Part shown: positions 55,739 through 64,000 of the stretch, piece by piece
How positions within the stretch are numbered: position 1 is the first letter of the stretch
Layout of the letters: each line of letters begins with the position of its first letter
DNA from: Octopus vulgaris
Lineage: Eukaryota
Assembly (NCBI GenBank): GCA_951406725.2
Contig: OX597817.1
Coordinates: forward strand, 162,192,001 to 162,256,000
Direction: 5' to 3'
DNA: 64,000 bases
The notes under the pieces: model-generated
The model's input: only the letters and a program-made list of their open reading frames with translations
What the model was told of the DNA's origin: nothing
The model's database searches: none
Made by a program: the position numbers and the translations under genes

Positions 55739-55800
55739 CTCAAAAGAAGCAACAAGAATGACTCCGGTAATTTGGTACGATCGTTTCGTACTACATCATT
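55739..55800 (-). mobile_element. PLE 3' terminus fragment (related to 36365) with 3' half of an HHR
   Basis: gtac-GAAA-cgatcg-TA-ccaaa..cattcttgttgctt; shares the aagcaacaagaatg terminus. Confidence 0.7.
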
Positions 55801-55840
55801 TTATTAAATATATTTATTAAATATATATATATATATATAT

Positions 55841-56290
55841 AACACCTGTCTGTGTTCGGTTTGTCCTTGCACAGAGGCCATCCGGATTCCCGTTTGCGCC
55901 GTGAACAAGAATTAATCTTCTCTCTTCGCTCTTTCACGCTATTTGGTCTCAACTATCCCCACCCTCCTCTCTCCCCTCCTCATCTAACCTCCCCCCCCAA
56001 CCCTACTTCTCTTCAGTCCTTCATCCTTTCACCCCTACTCTCTTTCCCTCCTCTTCCCTTCTTCCCTCTCTCTTCTTCCCTCTTTCTTCTTCCCTCTTCC
56101 CCTTCCCTCTTTCTCTCTGCTTCCTCTTTCTTCTTCCCTCTTCCCCTTCCCTCTTTCTCTCTGCTCCCTCTGCTCCCTCACTCCACTTCTCTCTCCCTCC
56201 CTCTGTATCCTCCCTCCTCCACTCCCCTCCTCTTCTCCACTCCTTCCTTCTCCCCTCCAGTACAGGACAAATTATTACACCTATAAAAGT
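55841..56290 (+). pseudogene. Neptune/Poseidon-type PLE endonuclease C-terminus + pyrimidine-rich 3'UTR
   Basis: HLSVFGL..RLRREQELIFSLRSFTLFGLN matches R...EQ.LIF.L.TL.P.GLN. Confidence 0.65.
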
Positions 56291-56716
56291 ATAAGACAAA
56301 CTATTACTTCTAGTAAAGTAAAGAATAAGAAACTTTTTACTTAAAATATTGCAGCAAAGAATGCCAGTTCTTCTAATTTATCACTCATTACAATTCTCAT
56401 CTTTTAAATTTATTGTACAAAACTGTTCAGCTAATTTGTAAGTGTGTCTAATTGGTCACTCAGCCTTCAGCAAACCGTCTTTTTAGGGATAATGTAGGAC
56501 ATTCATATAATGGGCGTGTGATTTAGGTAGGGAGATACTATTTTTAGCGTGTCGATCGACCAGGTAGAGGCTCTTTCATTGGTTCGATTGCGTGATCAGA
56601 TTTTTTTATGCATATATATATGTATGTATGTCATCAGCAGAAGTTAGAGATTAAGTCAAAAGCTGAGAGTTTCATGTATTGGCACGAATTTATCCATTGT
56701 CACTCTGTAACTTCTG

Positions 56717-57051
56717 ACGAAATAACTTCTAAAATACAAAATTTTGTCCAAAACGTTAAGAGTAAACCCTGTTCTATATGACACATTCTATCAGCATCAG
56801 AAGGTTGAAAGTGTTTAGTTAAAAAAAATTAATTAAATAATCTGTACTTCTAACTGAATAGATTCGAAATGGACCTCGACAGAATTTGAACTCAGAATGT
56901 AAAGACAGACGAAATACCGCTTCCAAAATACGAAACTTTTTCAAAAACGTTAAGAGTAAACCCCGTTCAATGTGACACATTCTACGAGTATCGGAAGTTT
57001 GAAAGAGTTTAGTTAAAAAAAAAAAAAAACCTAATGAAATAATCTGTACCT
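56717..57051. repeat. Diverged tandem duplication (~190-bp period) including SINE B fragments
   Basis: gacgaaata..aaaacgttaagagtaaacc..aaataatctgtac at 56717-56850 and 56908-57051. Confidence 0.8.
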
Positions 57052-58273
57052 CAAAGTCAACCTCAGCGAAATTTGAGCTCAATAAACGTAATGACAGACG
57101 AAACACAGTTGAACATCTCACCTAGCGTATTAACGTTTCTGCCAGCTCACCACCTTAGAAAATAAGCATTAATTTTAGAATTATATTCTTTATTCTTATA
57201 GCTGAAGCGTTACTCCCTTACTCTTTTACTTACTGATAGGAAATTTCGTAACATTTTATTTCGTAACTCTTTTTCTATTAAATTTTGTTCAGTGCGACTA
57301 GTGATTTTGAATACCTCATGCATTTTTCTATCATTTAAGCCTAAGGAAAGTATACTTTTAATTTAAAATGAAAAAGTTAATGTTAATTGAAGGCGAATAG
57401 GTGCCTTACTGCCCCCCTTGAGGTCGCAGCTATTTTGATGTAAATTTTTTTCTACTGAACCAAATCTCAAACTATTTATGCCAAACTATAGCTGAGAAGG
57501 TGTCCTCTTTAAAACTGTTAACAGTTTGCAATTTAGTTGAGAACTGAATTAGTGGTGAAGCTTGGAACCTGCTGCGATTGACGAAATGATGGACTTAAGA
57601 ATATATCCAACCACTACCGTGATTGAATGATGTATATACTTATTTCACTCATTGGACGAGGCCATGCTGGGACACCGCCTTGAAGTATTGACTCGTAAAA
57701 ATTGCCACCAGTATTTTTTTTAGTACTCTCTCGTCTTTTTCGCAGGACCGCTAAGTTACAGAGACGTAAACAAACCAGCACCAGTTGTCAAGTGGTGGTG
57801 AAAGGACGAATAAAAGCTCAAAGACACACATACATATGCATACATTCATTCGCATGTACATTCTTGTATTCATTTACTCTTTTACTTGTTTCAGTCATTT
57901 GATTGTGGCCAAGCTGGAGTACCGCATTGAGGGATTTTTTAGTCGATCAAATCGACCGCAGGATTTGTTTTAAAGCCTCGTGCTTATTTTATCGGTATCT
58001 TTGGCCGAACCGCTAAGTTTACTGGGACGTAAACGCATCAACATTGATTGTGAATTAGTGATGTGGGGACAGACGCAGACACAAAGACACACTCACATAC
58101 ATACATACATACATACATACATACATACATACATACATACATACATACATACATACATACATACGAGATACATACGACAGGCTTCTTTCAGTTTCCGTCT
58201 ACCTTATCCACTCAACATTTTGACCAGCGATATGTAGCAACATCTGATAGCCTGGTCGGTCACGGTGATCACG

Positions 58274-58313
<40 letters not shown>

Positions 58314-58317
<4 letters not shown>

Positions 58318-58501
58318 TATACAGCGTGGAAGGTGTTTATAAGCCATTTAAGAAACACACAAAAACCGTTAGATTCACTTCAACATTTAAATTTAATTTG
58401 TGTGTTTCTTAAATAGCTTATAAACACCTTCCACGCTGCAATTGTTTTTGTTCCAGCACACGATCTCAGATCAGGTCACTTGCTATGCAAGTACATCTCC
58501 G

Positions 58502-58573
<72 letters not shown>

Positions 58574-58599
58574 GGAGATGTACTTGCATAGCAAGTGAC

Positions 58600-58604
<5 letters not shown>
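58314..58604. repeat. Two adjacent inverted repeats in (TA)n
   Basis: 42-bp arms 58322-58363 / 58397-58438; 34-bp perfect arms 58470-58503 / 58571-58604 around (TA)n. Confidence 0.95.
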
Positions 58605-58645
<41 letters not shown>

Positions 58646-58946
58646 CTGCGTAGATTCTGTATATGCAAAAAAAAGGGGGAAATTCTCGGTGCACACATGT
58701 TCGTGCATACCTGGTTGGATCAAGTTAAAATGAATCTTTGCATTGAAAAAATATGAATAGAAAACTGAAAGTAAATGTTGGAAAGCTGTCCCTACAGGCA
58801 CTTAATTCAGTTAGATCTCATCTTACGGAAGTAACGAAGACGAAGCTACAGAATTCTGAAACAACTTTGGCAATCATAGCTAGAAGATATACTTCACAAT
58901 TACAACCTTTAGTTGTTTCTGTAAATAAGCTCTTGAAAATTTTTTA

Positions 58947-58994
<48 letters not shown>

Positions 58995-59154
58995 ATGAAA
59001 TATCATATTCGATAGCATAAAGACACAAATTTCTTCCCTGTTCCCCCCAAAAAGTCTCAAAAAGATCACCCCGGGTCCTACATGCGAAGTTGGGCTACCC
59101 GTAAGATTTAATGCACTGAAATCCTTTTTACGTGAATATGCGCTGCTAAAATTG

Positions 59155-59424
59155 AGAGGCGCGTGGCTTAGTGGTTAGGGTGTCAGCATCATGATCGTAA
59201 GATTGTGGTTTCGATTCCTGAACCGGGCGACGCATTGTGTTCTTGAGCAAAACACTTCGTTTCACGTTGCTCCAGTCCACTCAGCTGGCAAAAATGAGTA
59301 ACGCTGCGATGGACTGGCGTCCTGTCCAGCTGGGGAACACATACGTCATAGAAACCGAGAAACCGAGAAACCGGACCCATGAGCCTAGCTAGGCTTTAAA
59401 AGGGCGCATTTATTATTTTTTTTT
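59155..59424 (+). mobile_element. SINE group D3: tRNA + CORE-like + V-domain-like, 35-bp TSD
   Basis: ctgcgatggactggcgtcctgtccag resembles the V-SINE domain; TSD 59120-59154 / 59425-59459. Confidence 0.8.
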
Positions 59425-60022
59425 AATCCCTTTTACGTGAATATGCGCTGCTAAAATTGGGGTACGTCTAATACGTTTGGGTGTGTAACATGCCATCAAG
59501 TACGGTAAATACATAAATTATTCATCTCAGCATTACTATATAACAATTGGACACATGATGGTCCCAGTACTGTAATGGTGTGCCGGTAAGTTAAGACATC
59601 ATAGGATGCTATGAAAGATGAGAGATCATAGTCAAATGTTTCAAGATGTGCGAAAGCTGACATGATTTATTATGGAGGTGGCACGAAAGCTAAAATAATT
59701 TACGAGGGCGGGCTGAAAAGTTCATAGGTTGACTAAAGCTGCGAAATCTTGCATGCATTAATTTTAACCCTTCTTATTAATATCTGCATTGTTTCTTTTC
59801 AGATAAACTGACGTTTGACTATTTAAAGAAGACTTCAAAAGTAGCTTGCATTGACTTCTCTTGAAAATGCCACTGCCGCCACCGAAGAAAATGGACAAAA
59901 TTTGGTGTCGTAGTGTTATCATTTACCTGCAGAAAAAAGGGTTTAGCCCGGCCACCCACCTAGGACATTCATGTTGACGGAGTTGCTACGTTAGGGAATG
60001 ACGCTCCAGCTTCATCAACAGT

Positions 60023-60494
<472 letters not shown>

Positions 60495-60629
60495 GTAAAA
60501 GTGAGCAGCTGAGTTTAGGAGAGGAAGTGGGGGAGTCTTAAAGATAACCCAAAGTCTGAACGTCCTACCAGTGCCACCACCGAAGAAAACATTGATCGTG
60601 TTCACTACATGGTGATGGACGACGGGCAA

Positions 60630-61026
60630 TCTTTATATATAAAAGTCAAGTTGTGTGTCTGTCTCCTACGATTTAGATTCCTAACTACTCCCACATTTTG
60701 CGGTGCAGTTTAACCAAAACCAGGTATCTTATAGTCGTGATTCATATCGAGCCCTTCTGGGTACTAGCGCGCGTCTACGATGAGTATACGATTTTTAAAA
60801 AAAATTACCATCATTTTTTTCCACTTTAATGCATTTTTTCGCTATTATATAAGGAAAGTAACTCTCTAAAAATGTCTACGATGAGTCAACGATTTAAAAA
60901 AAATTTACCATCATTTTTTCCCCATTTTTAATGCATTTTTTTGCTATTTTTTGGCTATAACTCTCTAAAAATGCTTATATAGTTATTTCCCTTACAAACC
61001 CGAGCAACGCCGGGCGATACTGCTAG
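60630..61026 (+). mobile_element. Chimeric Helitron: different 5' half + H1 3' end, inserted at A|T in mariner
   Basis: caa|TCTTTATATATAAAAG...cccgagcaacgccggg..CTAG|ttg; removal restores the GQL codons; ~100-bp internal tandem. Confidence 0.9.
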
Positions 61027-61397
61027 TTGATTATAAATCAAATAGCCAATGCTGTTGGCATATCTCGTGAGAGAGAGTTGAGAATATTCTGCACAATGAA
61101 CCTGGCGTGAACAGGTTTCTCGTATGATGAAGATGAGAGCAATAGCAAAGAATTTCGAAGGTCGCAGAAAAAAAGATTTTGAATAGAAATGTATGTCTTA
61201 TACTTAATGCAAATACATCGTTGAACGGCTTCTTACTGCAGTATTCATCCAGAGATAGAATCTCTTATGGACGTGCTTTGTTTAAAAACACAATAGATAT
61301 ATATAGGAGGAAAACTAAATTGGTCCCAGCAGTGGCTAGCAAGAACGCCAGATGCATTAGACCTTGTCAAAGACGCGTACTCACAGCTAGCCATATA

Positions 61398-61780
61398 GGA
61401 GCACTCCGTCGGTTACGACGGTGAGGGTCCCAGCTGATACGATCAACGGAACAGCCTGCTCGTGGAATTAACGTGCAAGTGGCTGAGCACTCCACAGACA
61501 CGTGTACCCTTAACGTAGTTCTCGAGGAGATTCAGCGTGACACAGAGTGTGACAAGGCTGGCCCTTTGAAATACAGGTACAACAGGAACAGGAAGTAAGA
61601 GTGAGAGAAAGTTGTGGTGAAAGAGTACAGCAGGGATCACCACCATCCCCTGCCGGAGCCTCGTGGAGCTTTTAGGTGTTTTCGCTCAATAAACACTCAC
61701 AATGCCCGGTCTGGGAATCGAAACTGCGATCCTACGACCGCGAGTCCGCTGCCCTAACCACTGGGCCATTGCGCCACCAC
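61398..61780 (-). mobile_element. SINE group C, full length, 12-bp TSD
   Basis: TSD gctagccatata at 61386-61397 and 61781-61792. Confidence 0.93.
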
Positions 61781-62327
61781 GCTAGCCATATACTCTCAAA
61801 CGAAATATGTTACCTCTGATACATAAGATATACAGAGAAATTGATATATAGAATATACAGAATTGAAATGCTTCTAAGACGGCAGAAACGAAGATAAAAT
61901 TCAATGCTTCGAAGTTTACAGGAATAGTGAATAAAACTTTAATTGAATATCCTTGTATTTATTCATATCTATAAATATATCGAACGTAGAATATAGACTT
62001 TGTTAGAATGTTCAATTTATATATATATATAAAGTCTTATTTTTCTATCTAAAAAAGTATTTTAAAAATATTTTCTTCATCAAAATGCTGAAACTACAAT
62101 AATTTTTTCCCATAGATCTACTTTATTCATAGTACCTACATTGCATAAGAATTTTAATTTTTTTGATAAAAAAAGTAACAAATTATTTGTTGCTTGAATT
62201 CAAATATAATCTTTTCCTCAATTTTTCTATCTGAAAATGTGGGTGAGACTTATAAAAGAATGCATATTATACGGTTGGAAACAAGATATGATGGCGTACT
62301 TGGGAGTTTTTGTATGTGTGTATACAT

Positions 62328-62663
62328 AGGCGTAGGAGTGGCTGTGTGGTAAGTAGCTTGCTTACCAACCAAATGCTTCCGGGTTCAGTCCAGCTGCGTG
62401 GCAGCTTGGGCAAGTGTCTTCTACTATATCCTCAGGCCGACCAAAGCCTTGTGAGTGGATTTGGTAGACGGAAACTGAAAGAAGCCTGTCGTATATATAT
62501 ATATATACATATGTGTGTGTGTGTGTGTGTGCGTGTGTGTGTTTGTGTATGTTTACCTTGGGCAAGTGTCTTCTACTATAGCCTCGGGCCGACCAAAGCC
62601 TTGTGAGTGGATTTGGTAGACGGAAACTGAAAGAAGTCTGTCGTATATATATATATATACATA

Positions 62664-62694
<31 letters not shown>

Positions 62695-63072
62695 GTGTGT
62701 TTGTGTATGTTTACCTTGGGCAAGTGTCTTCTACTATAGCCTCGGGCCGACCAAAGCCTTGTGAGTGGATTTGGTAGAAGGAAATTGAAAGAAGCCTGTC
62801 GTATATTTGTATACATATATATGTGTGTGTGTGTGCGTGTGTGTGTGTTTGTGTGTTTGTGTGTCTCTGTTTGTCCCCACAACATCGCTTGACAACCGGT
62901 GCTGGTGTGTTTACATCCTCGTAACTTAGCAGTTCGGCCTAAGAGACCGATAGAATAAGTACTAGGCTTCCAAAGAATAAGTCCTGGGGTCGATTTGCTC
63001 GACTAAAGGCGGTGCTCCAGCATGGCCACAGTCAAATGACCGAAACAAGTAAAAGAATAAAAGAGTAAAAAG
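62328..63072 (+). mobile_element. SINE group A with internal ~150-160-bp triplication
   Basis: ttgggcaagtgtcttctactata..gtttgtgtatgttta unit repeated. Confidence 0.9.
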
Positions 63073-63627
63073 TATACATAAATACATACATACATGCATG
63101 TATTCTTTCAATTGTTTCAGTCATTTGAATGTGGCCATGCTGTAGCACCGCCTTTAGTCGAAGAAACTGATGTTATTGTTACTATTATCATCATCACCCC
63201 TATCATTGCTACAACAACTACTACTTTTATTATTATTACTATTATTGTTAATAATGAGCTAATGTTCTATTATTTAATTTGCTAATTATAGAATTAAATT
63301 ACATGGATATCGTTAATTTTATTTCCTTATTGCTATTTGATATTAATTAAGTATATTTCTTTAGGATTTTATTTAATCAGCTACTCTTCTTGCTATTGTT
63401 TACTTGATTTCTATTCTAATTTCAGTATTACGTGTCATTCAATCATTTAAGTCGATTAAATGTATATTTTAACTTATGAACACATCGTACGCCTTCTCGC
63501 GTCTATGGTTTATAAATTTGTAATTTCGTGCAAGAAAAAAAGTGGCTGTGTGCTACTTACCACACAGTCACTATACATACATACATATACATACATACAT
63601 ACATACATACATACATACATACATACA

Positions 63628-63660
<33 letters not shown>

Positions 63661-64000
63661 GATTTTGATTTGATTTTGATTTTTCCAGTTTCAGCTAATG
63701 AGCTGTGGCCATGCTGGGGCACCGCCATTTGGTTTGCTACACGATTTTACCTCACGGATGCTTTTTAGCAAACGCCATCTGATGCATGAGAGAGTTCGTT
63801 GCAGCTGCCCTCATCTGCACCTCCTGCCATGAAGTTGGTTCATCCGGGACACCTGACAGGAAGAAATCCAGTCCTACTTTAAAGACATCCGCATCTACAC
63901 CATGCAGGTCCCTCAGGTTCTTCGGGAGGATATTGAAGAGCCGTGGGCCTCTGAAGCCCAGGCTATCACAATATCTTGTCCTACATCTTGATGGCAAGTT
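63661..64000 (-). mobile_element. CR1-group LINE 3' end (ORF2 C-terminus to stop at 63752, 3'UTR, (AAAATC)n tail); continues past the window
   Basis: SLGFRGPRLFNILPKNLRD..FKVGLDFFLSGVPDEP..RAAATNSLMHQ is a typical CR1/L2-group RT C-terminus. Confidence 0.82.

Overview
Eukaryotic, AT-rich, microsatellite-saturated non-coding DNA. The SINE/microsatellite make-up strongly suggests an octopus (cephalopod) genome (inference from family recognition, not a search). I found no convincing host exon, rRNA, tRNA or CRISPR, and nearly all ORF-track entries are microsatellite or SINE translations. The window is a layered TE landscape: four modular tRNA-derived SINE groups, non-autonomous Helitrons, Penelope-like element (PLE) remnants with GIY-YIG/thumb coding, Tx1/L1-type and CR1-group LINE 3' ends, and mariner and MULE remnants. 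Highlights: (1) about ten hammerhead ribozyme (HHR) motifs, in two forms: a ~200-bp non-autonomous family with minimal HHRs that sits in microsatellites, and large HHRs with multi-hairpin loop-II inserts, one at the 3' end of a GIY-YIG PLE; (2) a Tx1-like LINE found twice inside (GATA)n; (3) two SINE-LINE shared 3' tails visible in this window, plus a SINE that has swapped tails and repeatedly inserts into one site of its own head; (4) Helitron end-swapping chimeras; (5) fold-back palindromes and local inverted duplications.
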